Below are positions 23,891-33,348 of a stretch of DNA of 64,000 nt, in pieces. The translations under genes and the position numbers were made by a program. Under the pieces are notes generated by a model. It was not told the DNA's origin. It saw nothing but the letters and a program-made list of their open reading frames with translations, and made no database searches. Within the stretch, counting starts at the first letter, position 1; every line of letters begins with the position of its first letter. Location of the stretch: NCBI GenBank assembly GCA_003009755.1, contig PXUB01000038.1, positions 55,730-119,729 on the forward strand, given 5' to 3'. Source of the stretch: Thermoplasmatales archaeon SW_10_69_26. GTDB lineage: Archaea > Thermoplasmatota > SW-10-69-26.

Positions 23891-25059
23891 TCGACGGGCC
23901 GCACGATGATGCCCTGGTCCCCGACACGGAACAACTGGACGGAGACGGATCCTTCGAGGCCTTCCTCGAGCGCGTTCCGTACGTCCCAATAGCGGTCGGG
24001 GTCGATCCCGGCGCGCAGGGTCACGTGCCCGGCGTCCAAGCGCTTGAGCTTCTCGCGCAAGCCCATGAGGTTCCACGTGTGGGTGTCCAGCACCTGGAAG
24101 TCGTTCGTGAACGCGGTGGCGGCGGGGCGGTCGCTCGTCAACAGGTAGCGGCGAGGGTGTTCCTCCGAGAGGAGCCCGTCGGCGTTGGCTCGGTGGGCGA
24201 GTTGGGGCAAAAGTTGGGCCCGGACGATCGTCCGGTCGACCCGGTGCAAGATCTCGTCGGGCTCCTCGACGGATACGAGCTCGCTGGTGGGCTCGCGATC
24301 ATCGATGCGTTCCCCTGCCGGGAGCGTGAGCGCGCTTCGGTCGGCCTCGCGGGCCTGCCCGCCGTAGATGGCCAGGCGGTTGAGGTCGCCGTTCAGCGAG
24401 GTGTAGGCTAGCTCGGCCTCGAAGGCTTCGCGGACCCGGTCGGGATCGATCATCGGCGGGAGCTCGTAGCACCAGGCCTGCGCATCCTCGGCGTAGCGGG
24501 CGTGGATCTTGCCCAGGTCCGGGGACAGGTCGTCCAGGGTCCGGCGCTCGGCTTCCGGGTCCCGCGCCGGGTCGCAGACGACGACGTCCGGATCGGGCAC
24601 GCGGTCGCGGGCCCCCGGGTCGAGGGCATCGGCCACGACGACCTCGGCCTCTGCCTCCGCCCCGAGGGCCTGCAGGTTGCGTTCGGCGAGCTCGGCGGTC
24701 TCCTCGTCGCGTTCGATGCCGACCGCCTGCTCGAAGGTGCGGGCGAGGAACGCCAGCTGGATGCCGACCCCGCACGCGGGGTCGACGGCGACGTCGCCGA
24801 AGCCCTCGAGTCGTTGGGCTCGGGCCCGGGCGACGCGGTCGGGCGTCGCGTACCGGAGGCCCTGGTCGGTGAACCACAGCTCCCAGGGGTCCTCGAAGCG
24901 GTCGCTGGCCTTGTTGCGGAGCCGCGCGATCGCGAACGCGTCGTCCTGGTAGTGCTCAGGGAGCAGATCCTTGATCTCGGCGTCGGAGACCTTGTGCTTG
25001 AGCATGCGAGTGGCGGCGGCTGCGGCGTCCGCCAACGTGTACTCGTCGTCCTCGGCCAC
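23872..25059 (-). CDS. class I SAM-dependent (RNA) methyltransferase with THUMP-like C-terminus
   Basis: YATP..VA, VDPACGVG, DAL, CDPAR motifs; GTG start. Confidence 0.82.
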   Translation of the reverse strand: MAEDDEYTLADAAAAATRMLKHKVSDAEIKDLLPEHYQDDAFAIARLRNKASDRFEDPWELWFTDQGLRYATPDRVARARAQRLEGFGDVAVDPACGVGIQLAFLARTFEQAVGIERDEETAELAERNLQALGAEAEAEVVVADALDPGARDRVPDPDVVVCDPARDPEAERRTLDDLSPDLGKIHARYAEDAQAWCYELPPMIDPDRVREAFEAELAYTSLNGDLNRLAIYGGQAREADRSALTLPAGERIDDREPTSELVSVEEPDEILHRVDRTIVRAQLLPQLAHRANADGLLSEEHPRRYLLTSDRPAATAFTNDFQVLDTHTWNLMGLREKLKRLDAGHVTLRAGIDPDRYWDVRNALEEGLEGSVSVQLFRVGDQGIIVRPVDQQAGN

Positions 25060-25215
25060 GGACGGCCAAGCCAGCGATGGTTGAAAAGTGGTCCTGGCGG
25101 GGTGAGGGTGACCGGGCCGGGGCCCTAGGAGTGGATCGAGCAAGGAACGAGCAGGGTGTGGTGTGGTGTGGTGTGGGTGGTGAGCCCGCGGCGGCCCCGG
25201 CAACGGTGAGCCGGA

Positions 25216-25320
25216 TCAGTCGAACGTGTACGTGCCGCCGGCGTTTATCGGCTCCTCGGCGATCGTGGACACGATCGAGGCGACGCGGACGAGCCCGCGG
25301 AGGGTCATCGTCTCCGACAT
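25216..25320 (-). CDS. putative 34-aa small peptide
   Basis: MSETMTLRGLVRVASIVSTIAEEPINAGGTYTFD; GC3-rich codons; GGAGGGG upstream. Confidence 0.35.
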   Translation of the reverse strand: MSETMTLRGLVRVASIVSTIAEEPINAGGTYTFD

Positions 25321-25482
25321 CGTGACCAACGCACCCCCTCCCTCTGTCAGGAGGGATACGAACGAGATGTGGGACCCCTGTTCCTCAGGCGACCGCGAGC
25401 GTCTGTTCGTGAAGCTCGGAGGTAAGCAAAGGTTAAGCCACGCGCGCCCCATTCGAGGTTACCGACAGGGAGGTTCTCGATC

Positions 25483-27249
25483 TTGGCTTCGGATGCATCC
25501 GGTTCGACGTTCGCAGGACTCGGGTTGGCGCTGGCGTTGGTCGTCTCCACGCTGGTGGGGATCGCGCCGGCCACGATGTCCGTCGAGGAGGCCTGCGAGG
25601 ACGTGCACGAGGAGGCCACGATGACCGCGACCGGTCTCCCCGACGAGACCGTGCTCGGATCCAGCCTCGAGTCGGGGTCCGTCACGTTCGACATCGGTTC
25701 CCCGGATTGCCGGATCGTCCAGCTCGACACCGAGCTGACCGCGCCCGATGGCGAACTCGATGGCAACTCGACAGCCGACGCCGAGCTCGTCGTCGACTTC
25801 GAGGGCATCACGCTCGCCGAGAGCCGCGAACCCGGCACGAGCGAGTCCCTGTCGCTCGACGCGCCCCCTTGGGGTAGCTACGAGTTCTCGGTCGAGCCCT
25901 GGTCGGCCATCCAGACCCCGGTCACGTTGACGGTCGACGCCGTCCTCACCGGGGACTCCGAGCCCTCGGGGCCGAACGCGGACCAGGAGACCGTCGTCGT
26001 CGGGGTCGTCGATACAGGGATCAACCCCTACCACGACGAGTTCTCGGCCGACACCTACCCCGGATCCCTCGCCCTCGACGAGCACCCGTCCAACTACATC
26101 GAGGAGTACCCGGAACCGACCCCCAGCCTGGACCTCACGCTCGATGCGCCCTACGACGAGGCCCGTGACCAGGACGACTGGGACCAGGTCGATGCGAACC
26201 GACTGTACTGGCTGCCGGGCACCAAGATCGTCGGCGCCTACCACGCGGGCGGGAACATCGCCGGCGGGGACACCGTGACCGACGAGAACGGTCACGGCAC
26301 GGCCAGCGCAGCCGTCGCCGCCGGGAACACGGTCGGGTCCTGTGAGCGGTGCCTGATCGTGTCCGTCGAGGGCGAGGCCGGGCTCTCCTGGGCGCTGGCC
26401 CAGCCGTGGATCGACATCGTCTCCAACTCGTGGGGCACCATCGGTAACGCCGGGGTCCCGACGGCGGGCAACAACGACCTGAACCCGCTCGGTGCCGGCG
26501 GCGAGACGGCCCAGAACACGCGAGCCGCCGTCGAGCGGGGCCAAACCGTGCTCGCGGCAGCCGGCAACGGCATGGCGAACGCCTTCCTCGTCCCCCAGCC
26601 GACGTACACGAACCCGCTGGCCGGACCCGACTGGACCGTCACCGTCGGCGCCACCAGCGTGTTCGACGAGTGCGGGTGCTCCGGCGACGAGGGCTTCATC
26701 ACCGCCAGCGGCAAACCGGTCGACGTCTCCAGTTACGCGACCGGGGACATCCCGGCCGCCGACCACGAGTCCACGAAGGAGAGCGCCCAGCACGGCGGCA
26801 CGAGCGCGGCCACACCCAACGTCGCCGGCGTGATGGGCGAGACCCTCCTCGAGGCTCGCGAGAAGCTTGGCGACGATGTCGGCGGCACGCGCGATGCGGC
26901 GATCGCCGAGGGGCCAGCGATCACGGGCCCCCACGTTGGCATGCTGGACGATGGCAAGCTGACGCGGGCCGAGCTCGAGGAGGCCGTCCGCTACACCGCC
27001 CAGCACAGCAGCAGCGAATGGATCTCGGCCTACCCCGTCGTGGCGCCGACGTTCCCGGTGCCCGAGGACCTGGCTTGGGCCCAGTGGGGGGCCGAGGGCT
27101 GGGGCGTCGTCGCCGAGCGCACGGGCGCGAACGCGACCGACGTCGTCGTCGGCGATCAGCCGATGCCCGAGCGATCCTTCGACGAGCAGCAGGCCGCCCT
27201 CGACGAGCAGGTGCGCGCCCAGCTGTGGGGCGGCGCCGTCGAACCGTGA
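25483..27249 (+). CDS. secreted S8 subtilisin-like serine protease
   Basis: triad VDTGIN / HGT / GTSAATP, AAGN oxyanion motif, hydrophobic N-terminus, GGAGG before TTG. Confidence 0.9.
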   Translation: MASDASGSTFAGLGLALALVVSTLVGIAPATMSVEEACEDVHEEATMTATGLPDETVLGSSLESGSVTFDIGSPDCRIVQLDTELTAPDGELDGNSTADAELVVDFEGITLAESREPGTSESLSLDAPPWGSYEFSVEPWSAIQTPVTLTVDAVLTGDSEPSGPNADQETVVVGVVDTGINPYHDEFSADTYPGSLALDEHPSNYIEEYPEPTPSLDLTLDAPYDEARDQDDWDQVDANRLYWLPGTKIVGAYHAGGNIAGGDTVTDENGHGTASAAVAAGNTVGSCERCLIVSVEGEAGLSWALAQPWIDIVSNSWGTIGNAGVPTAGNNDLNPLGAGGETAQNTRAAVERGQTVLAAAGNGMANAFLVPQPTYTNPLAGPDWTVTVGATSVFDECGCSGDEGFITASGKPVDVSSYATGDIPAADHESTKESAQHGGTSAATPNVAGVMGETLLEAREKLGDDVGGTRDAAIAEGPAITGPHVGMLDDGKLTRAELEEAVRYTAQHSSSEWISAYPVVAPTFPVPEDLAWAQWGAEGWGVVAERTGANATDVVVGDQPMPERSFDEQQAALDEQVRAQLWGGAVEP

Positions 27250-27395
27250 GGACGCAGACCGGCACCGGGTGAACCGAGGCCAACCCCGGCCAACCGACCC
27301 GGGAGACCCGTTCCGCTCTGAGGGATCCTCTGCGTCTCCGTTCCAGTGTCCGGGGGGCGACTCGGTGCCCTCCTCCCCCTCCCCCTGGCGTCCTC

Positions 27396-28571
27396 TCAGC
27401 GTGACTCCGCGAACCGCACGATGCGGTCCATGGCGTCCTCGAGCACGTCCACGGGTGGCAGGTACACCATGCGGAAGTGGCCGGTCCCGGCGTCGCCGAA
27501 CCCGCTGCCGTGCACGGTGAGCACCTGCTCCTCCTCGAGCAGGTCCAGCACCCAGTCCTTGTCCGATCCTTCGAGGTCGTCGATGCGGACGAAGGCGTAG
27601 AAGGCGCCCTCCGGCTTTGCCATCGAGAGGGCCTGGGTCGACTGCACGCGTTCGTAGACGGTCTCGGCGCGGCGGCGCAGCCGGCGACGCACGTCGTCGA
27701 GGTGGTCGGCGTTGGGCGTCAGCGTGTTCGCGATCGCCGCCTGCATGGGGGCCGGAGAGCACAGCCGCAGCCGAGCCTGCTTCATGACGGTCTCCTTGAT
27801 GCCGGCCAGCTCGTCGTCGGGGTCGCGGAAGGCCATCCAGCCGGCCCGCCAGCCAGGCACGAGCCAGCTCTTCGACAGGCCGTCGAGCACGACCACGGGC
27901 CCTTGTCCGATCGCGCCGGCCGTCGTGGGGCGCTGGCCGAAGGACAGCTCCCAGTAGATGTCGTCCGTGATCAGCAACAGCTCGTGCTCCCAGGCGATCT
28001 CGCAGATCTCCTCGAGCACGTCCTCGGGGATCGTGGCGCCGGTCGGGTTGTTGGGGGAGATCACGACGAGGGCTTGCGTGTCCTCGTCGATGCGCTCGCG
28101 GATCGCGTCGGGGTCCGGTGCCCAGCCGTCCTCCATCCGGCACGGGTAGGCTCGGCTCTGCGCCGACGTGATCAGCGGCAAGGAGACGTAGGGCGGGTAG
28201 GCCGGCCCGGGAATGAGCACCTCTTCGCCGGGATCGAGCACGCTGGCCAACAGCAACCCCAGTGCCTCGCTGGTCCCGGTCGTGACGACCACGTCCTCGG
28301 CTCCGACGTCGACGCCGCGGGACCGCTCGTAGCGGGCGATCGCCTCGCGAGCGGATCGGCTCCCCTGGCTGGGGGAGTACCCGGCCGGGCGAGCCCCCTG
28401 CCGGTGGGCCTCGAGGAGCTTGGTCGGCGGCTCGAAGTCGAAGGCGCACGGGTCGCCGATGTTCAGCTTGAGGACGTCGTGGCCTTGGGCCTCGAGTTCC
28501 CGGGCTGGACCGAGCACGTCCCGGATCGCGTAGGAGACCTGGTCGAAGCGCTCCGCGGGCTCGTAAGGCAT
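27396..28571 (-). CDS. PLP-dependent aminotransferase class I/II (alanine aminotransferase-like)
   Basis: LNIGDP, PNNPTG, DDIY, SKSWLVPGWRAGW. Confidence 0.92.
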   Translation of the reverse strand: MPYEPAERFDQVSYAIRDVLGPARELEAQGHDVLKLNIGDPCAFDFEPPTKLLEAHRQGARPAGYSPSQGSRSAREAIARYERSRGVDVGAEDVVVTTGTSEALGLLLASVLDPGEEVLIPGPAYPPYVSLPLITSAQSRAYPCRMEDGWAPDPDAIRERIDEDTQALVVISPNNPTGATIPEDVLEEICEIAWEHELLLITDDIYWELSFGQRPTTAGAIGQGPVVVLDGLSKSWLVPGWRAGWMAFRDPDDELAGIKETVMKQARLRLCSPAPMQAAIANTLTPNADHLDDVRRRLRRRAETVYERVQSTQALSMAKPEGAFYAFVRIDDLEGSDKDWVLDLLEEEQVLTVHGSGFGDAGTGHFRMVYLPPVDVLEDAMDRIVRFAESR

Positions 28572-28629
28572 CGCGACGGGCAGGCTCCGCCACCGTGAAA
28601 AACCGCTCGGAGCCTGCCGCGCGTGGACG

Positions 28630-30039
28630 TCAGTTGCCCTGGTAGACGTCGAACCCGTTCGCCAGGTCGCCGGCGAACATGTAGCCCTGGTAGGTCCACA
28701 CGTCCCAGACGTTGCGGTTGTCGTTGAACTGGTCGACCATGATCGGGTTGGCGGGGTCCGAGAAGTCGACGAGGACGACGCCCGCGCCGTAGAAGGCCAT
28801 CGCGAGCTTCTCCTCGCCGGGGATCAGCTGTCCGAAGTGGGCGGTGCAGCCGGCGGGGACCTCGGTGCCGCCGATCTCGGTCATCCGGTCGTCCTGGGGC
28901 GGGTTGGAGGCGTAGTGGCTGGGCGGCGAGAACCATCCCTGCAGTTGGGGGTTCTCCTCGTCGCTGATGTCGTAGAACCAAAGGTTGCCGGCCGGGCCGC
29001 TGGCGCTTTGCCCGGCGGCGTCGGCGTACGCGTCGCAGGCGGGGGCGATGCCGCCGCCGTTCTCGTCGCCGACGATCAGCACGGAGGCGTCTTCGTTCAC
29101 CATCGCGAGGTGGCTGAAGAACGCGCTGCCGACGCCCGTGCTGGGTGTGCCAGAGACGCCGTGGTGCACGGGGATGTCCACGACGACGCTGGGATCGCGA
29201 GGGTCGCTGATGTCCCAGGTCTGCGTCATCTGGATGCCGGCGCAGTAGGCGCGCTGCTGGTCCTCGCTGATGTGGAAGCTGATGTCGTGGCAGCTGTACC
29301 CGTTCTCGAAGTCGGTCACCATCTCGGGGCTGGACGGGTCGGACAGGTCGTAGATGGCCGTCCCGCTGGAGCCCTCGCCGGGCACCTGGCTCCCGGTGCC
29401 GCCGCCGTTGCTGGCGGAGTTGTACAGCAGGGGCGTTCCGGGCACGACGCCGACGTTGTGGGAGCCGCGCTCGGGCTCGATCGTGGAGACCTTCTGCGGG
29501 TCGGTCGGGTCCGTGATGTCGTACACGGGCACGACACCGCTGTCCGTGGCGAACACGGCGTACAGGGTGCCGTCGGGGAACGCGATCGTGTCCGCGTCGC
29601 GGGCCGGCGGATCGCCGAGGTCCGACAGCTTCTCGGGGGTCGTCGGGTCCGAGATGTCGTAGATCGTCGTCTCGTCGATGTAGCCAGGTACGATCGCCAG
29701 CGAGCCGAAGACGGCGATGCCGGCGCCTCGCTCCTCGTCGGTGCCGTCGTTGGCGAGGTGCTCGACCTCGGTCACCTGATCGGGCAGGTCGCGTGGCTCG
29801 GGAGGCGCCCACCAGCCAGGCACCTCACCCTCGACACCCTGGGTCGGGTCGTTCATCGTCGGGAACCCGAAGCTGGGATGGGCGGCCTTCAACGCGGAGG
29901 GGTTCTCCACGTCGGGGACCGTCTCGTCCACGGGGTCCGTGCTCTGCTCGGCGGCATCCGTGCCCAGGTCCTCGCTGCCGATGCATCCGGCCAGGGGGGC
30001 GGCGAGGAGGAAAAGCGCCAGCAAGACGGCTCGCTGCAT
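28630..30039 (-). CDS. LVIVD-repeat beta-propeller lipoprotein
   Basis: lipobox LAGC; repeated YDISDPxxP / VDFSDPANP blades. Confidence 0.85.
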   Translation of the reverse strand: MQRAVLLALFLLAAPLAGCIGSEDLGTDAAEQSTDPVDETVPDVENPSALKAAHPSFGFPTMNDPTQGVEGEVPGWWAPPEPRDLPDQVTEVEHLANDGTDEERGAGIAVFGSLAIVPGYIDETTIYDISDPTTPEKLSDLGDPPARDADTIAFPDGTLYAVFATDSGVVPVYDITDPTDPQKVSTIEPERGSHNVGVVPGTPLLYNSASNGGGTGSQVPGEGSSGTAIYDLSDPSSPEMVTDFENGYSCHDISFHISEDQQRAYCAGIQMTQTWDISDPRDPSVVVDIPVHHGVSGTPSTGVGSAFFSHLAMVNEDASVLIVGDENGGGIAPACDAYADAAGQSASGPAGNLWFYDISDEENPQLQGWFSPPSHYASNPPQDDRMTEIGGTEVPAGCTAHFGQLIPGEEKLAMAFYGAGVVLVDFSDPANPIMVDQFNDNRNVWDVWTYQGYMFAGDLANGFDVYQGN

Positions 30040-30161
30040 GTGCCTGACACTCTCTCCGTCGCCCTAAAAGTGTTCCTGGACACCGGCCCGTCAGGGTCGC
30101 AGGCCGGAAGCCCCGCGACGCGAAAAACCCTTAACCGGTCCCCGCTGTCGGAGGGCCCGTC

Positions 30162-30232
30162 GCAGGGGTAGCCAAGTGGTTAGGCGGCGGATTGCAGATC
30201 CGTTAACGCGCGTTCAAATCGCGCCCCCTGCT
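30162..30232 (+). tRNA. tRNA-Cys(GCA)
   Basis: acceptor GCAGGGG/CCCCTGC, anticodon loop TTGCAGA, GTTCAAATC, U73 discriminator; TTAA box upstream. Confidence 0.92.
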
Positions 30233-30377
30233 TCGTTCTCCCTCCCCCACCCCTGCCCAACGCAGCCAACTTGGGGGTCCCGTCGGCGGTCGCCGTCGGC
30301 TCGCGGTCGGCTCGGTTCCCCCTTGGGCGAGGGGGAATCACGTAGCCTTTTTCCGTTGCGCTCGTCGAACAAAGCCC

Positions 30378-30905
30378 GTGGCGGGCACGCCTCCCTCGTC
30401 TCCCGAACGGCGGAAGCGAGCTTGGGCTCGCGTCGCGATCCTGCTAGCCTTCGGTGCTGGGATCGTGGCGGGAGGGGTGGCACTGACAGGTATGGAGCAG
30501 GGCTTCGACCCGATGCTTGGCATGATCGGCGGCGGGACCTTGGTCCTCGTCATCGTCTCCAACATGCTCGCCACGCGCCGGATCGAGGACGACGCCGACG
30601 ACTCCCCGCAACTGCCCGGCGAGAAGTACGCCGACCGCGATGCCCCCGAACCCCACCAGACCGCCGACGCCGAGCTCGAGGGGGTACCGTTCAGCGAGTC
30701 CAAGAAGGTCACCAACGGCGCCAACGGCGGCAACAAGCGGATCCGGGAGCTGAACGAGAAACTGGAGAAGGTCAACAAGGAGCTCCAGCGCGCCAACGTG
30801 AAGCTCGGGCTCGGCGAGATCAGCGAGGACGGCTACGAGCGCATCGTCGAGCGCCTCAAAGAGCAGCGGGCCAAGCTCGAGAACGAGCTGAACAAGCACA
30901 GGTGA
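30378..30905 (+). CDS. hypothetical membrane protein (2 TM plus C-terminal coiled coil)
   Basis: two hydrophobic helices, heptad-rich C-terminus. Confidence 0.65.
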   Translation: MAGTPPSSPERRKRAWARVAILLAFGAGIVAGGVALTGMEQGFDPMLGMIGGGTLVLVIVSNMLATRRIEDDADDSPQLPGEKYADRDAPEPHQTADAELEGVPFSESKKVTNGANGGNKRIRELNEKLEKVNKELQRANVKLGLGEISEDGYERIVERLKEQRAKLENELNKHR

Positions 30906-30936
30906 AACCTTTACCTGAAGCCGCTATCGAGGCCTC

Positions 30937-31704
30937 GTGACCGATCGCGGCCTCGAGCAAGGCGAGCGGTTCCGCGTCGTGCTCGTCGAACCCAAGTACG
31001 AGGGCAACGTCGGCGCCGTCGCCCGCGTGTGCGCGAACTTCGGCGTCGACGATCTCGTCGTCGTCGAGGGTCCCGAGCTGACCGACCGGGCCCAGATGAT
31101 GGCGGTGCACGCCGACGACCTGCTCGACGACGCCGAAACCGTGGACTCCCTCGAGGTGGGCCTGCAGGGGACGAACCTCGCGGTCGGGTTCACCGCCCAG
31201 CTCGCCGGCAAGACCCAGGACCACGTCCGCGACGGGCTGGCCCTCCCCGAGGCCGCCGACACCGCCCGACGCATGCAGGGCACCCTCGCGCTCGTGTTCG
31301 GCCGCGAGGACGACGGCCTGTCGATCGATGAACTCGAGCTCATGGACGTCGTGACGCGGATCCCCGTGCACGAGGACTACCCGAGCATGAACCTCTCCCA
31401 CGCCGCGTCCGTGGGGCTGTACGAGCTCGTGGCTCGGGGGCGGTGGGCGCCCGAGCGCCGGGCCTCGGCCACCAAGGAGCAGATGGAGATTCTGTTCGCC
31501 ACGCTCGAGCACGTGGGCAAGCAAGCCCGCGTGCGCGACCACAAGCTGACGTTGATGCTGCGATGCCTGCGGCGCGTGTTCGGCCGCACCCGCGTCTCGA
31601 CGTGGGAGTACCACCGCATGATGGGCCTGTTCACGCGCACGCTCAAGCAGATGGACGCCTGGCCCGTGCCCACGGTCAAGGAAGGCGTCCTCGACGAGGA
31701 TTAG
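30937..31704 (+). CDS. trmJ: tRNA (cytidine/uridine-32 2'-O)-methyltransferase, TrmJ/SPOUT
   Basis: VVLVEP...GNVGAVAR...NFG, FGREDDGL, YPSMNLSHA. Confidence 0.9.
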   Translation: MTDRGLEQGERFRVVLVEPKYEGNVGAVARVCANFGVDDLVVVEGPELTDRAQMMAVHADDLLDDAETVDSLEVGLQGTNLAVGFTAQLAGKTQDHVRDGLALPEAADTARRMQGTLALVFGREDDGLSIDELELMDVVTRIPVHEDYPSMNLSHAASVGLYELVARGRWAPERRASATKEQMEILFATLEHVGKQARVRDHKLTLMLRCLRRVFGRTRVSTWEYHRMMGLFTRTLKQMDAWPVPTVKEGVLDED

Positions 31705-32354
31705 GGGTCCAGCGCCGCCGCGATCGCCTCCGTGAGCGACCCCTCGACCAGGATGGTTCCCCGCATCCCGGCAGCCTTGGCTCCCGCCCGGTCCTCGCCC
31801 GCGCAATCGCCGACGTGCACGGCCCGGCCGAGCTCGACCCCCAACCGGTCCAAGGCCATCCAGAACGGGCGCGGATGCGGCTTGTATGCCCGCGCCTGGT
31901 GCGAGGAGACGACCGCGTCGGCCGCCCTCCTCAGTCCGGTCCGTCGAGCCAGCGCTGACAGCACGGGCTCGTCGACGTTGGACACGACCGCCCACGGCAC
32001 CCCGGCCGATCGGACCTGCTCCAGCGCGGCGGCCACGTCCTCGCGGAGCGGCCGCGTGGCCCACAGGCTCTCCAGCGCGCTCGCCCAGTAGCTGGGATCG
32101 ATCGCGAGATCGTGACGGCGGGCGAGAGCCCCGGCGCCCTGGACGAGGCTGGCCCGCACCGTGCGGAACGGCGTGCGAGCGCGCTCGGCCAAGCTGGCCT
32201 GCACCCACGTATCGAGCACCGCGTCCGGGTCGGCCTCGTGGTCGCCCTCGGCCAACAGGTCCCCGACGAGCGGGCGCTCGTCCCGCACGAGCGAGAAGTC
32301 GACCAGCGTCCCGAACAGGTCCAGCGTCAGGGCAGCGGGCGGCTTGGCCGGCAT
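31701..32354 (-). CDS. HAD-family hydrolase
   Basis: DLFGTLVD, VSN, YKPHP, HVGD...D..GA. Confidence 0.88.
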   Translation of the reverse strand: MPAKPPAALTLDLFGTLVDFSLVRDERPLVGDLLAEGDHEADPDAVLDTWVQASLAERARTPFRTVRASLVQGAGALARRHDLAIDPSYWASALESLWATRPLREDVAAALEQVRSAGVPWAVVSNVDEPVLSALARRTGLRRAADAVVSSHQARAYKPHPRPFWMALDRLGVELGRAVHVGDCAGEDRAGAKAAGMRGTILVEGSLTEAIAAALDP

Positions 32355-32362
32355 GGCCGGGC

Positions 32363-33184
32363 TCAGGCTTCCCGGGTGTCGGCGGCCAGCGGCTGCCCCA
32401 GGCCCTGGACCAAGCGCTTGGCTCGGCTTTTAGCCAACCCGTGGCGGGCCAGCTGGCTGCGCGCGGCCGGCGGATCGGGCGCGCTGGCCCCGGGCGGGGG
32501 CTGCTCGGCCACGGTCGGATCGAGGAACAGCTCACGCACGGCCTCGGCGCGGGGGAGCTCGGCCTCGCGAGCCTGGGCGGCCGCCTGCAGGTCGCCGTGT
32601 TCGCGGACGAGGTCGAGCCCGCGCACCGGGCCGACGCCGTGGACGCCGTCGTTGTAGTCGGTGCCGATCAGGATCGCCGCGTCGACGAGCTGCTGGCGGG
32701 TGATCTCGTGCTCGGCCAGTCGCCGTTCGAGCGTGATGCGCTCGGGATCCCGGTTGCCGGAGGCGCGCACGTAGCGCAAGGTGGTCGGGCACCCGTACAG
32801 CGCGGCGTCGTAGTCCTGGGTGATGCCGGCGTCGACGTGGTCGTTGGCCACCCACCAGGCCAGCTGGGCGTCGGTCTCCTCGGGCGCCTGGAACCAGGGC
32901 ACGCCCAGCGTGTCCAGCAGGGTCTTGGCCTCCCGGATCTGGGAGTCCTCCAGGCGGGCCGCTCCGACCTCGTCGCCCTCCTCGCGGGCCTTCTCCCGCT
33001 GGGCTTGGCGCTTCTCGATCGTTTTGGCCTTCAGCTCGGGGGGCTCGCCGTCGAACACCCAGACCGGCTCGACGCGCAGGCGAGCGTACAGCTCGAGCCG
33101 GTTGACCGCGACCCGGCGTCCCTCGAGCTCGGCGAGATCGAAGGGCTTGGGATCGAGGACGTCACGCAGCGCGGAGAGACCCAT
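32363..33184 (-). CDS. fen: flap endonuclease-1-like nuclease with an apparent internal deletion
   Basis: VFDGEPP.LK, APEETDAQ, QDYD, GTDYN..GVGP; segment after RVAV missing. Confidence 0.8.
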   Translation of the reverse strand: MGLSALRDVLDPKPFDLAELEGRRVAVNRLELYARLRVEPVWVFDGEPPELKAKTIEKRQAQREKAREEGDEVGAARLEDSQIREAKTLLDTLGVPWFQAPEETDAQLAWWVANDHVDAGITQDYDAALYGCPTTLRYVRASGNRDPERITLERRLAEHEITRQQLVDAAILIGTDYNDGVHGVGPVRGLDLVREHGDLQAAAQAREAELPRAEAVRELFLDPTVAEQPPPGASAPDPPAARSQLARHGLAKSRAKRLVQGLGQPLAADTREA

Positions 33185-33348
33185 CGACGGTGCCAGGCGG
33201 CGGTGACGTTTGAGCCTTCCGGGAGGAGCCCGTCCCGAGGACGAGACGGCCAGCCCCCAGGGCGCCCTGGCGGTGGGACTTGGCGAACGGGAGCGGATAG
33301 GGGGAACACCCAAAGGTTCAGGGTACCCCCCGTCGTCTTGGAGGATGG

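Noticed and set aside
25493-25515. Alternative protease start MHPVRR joined by a frameshift to the hydrophobic stretch
   Set aside because: The in-frame TTG at 25483 has a well-spaced GGAGG, so no frameshift is needed
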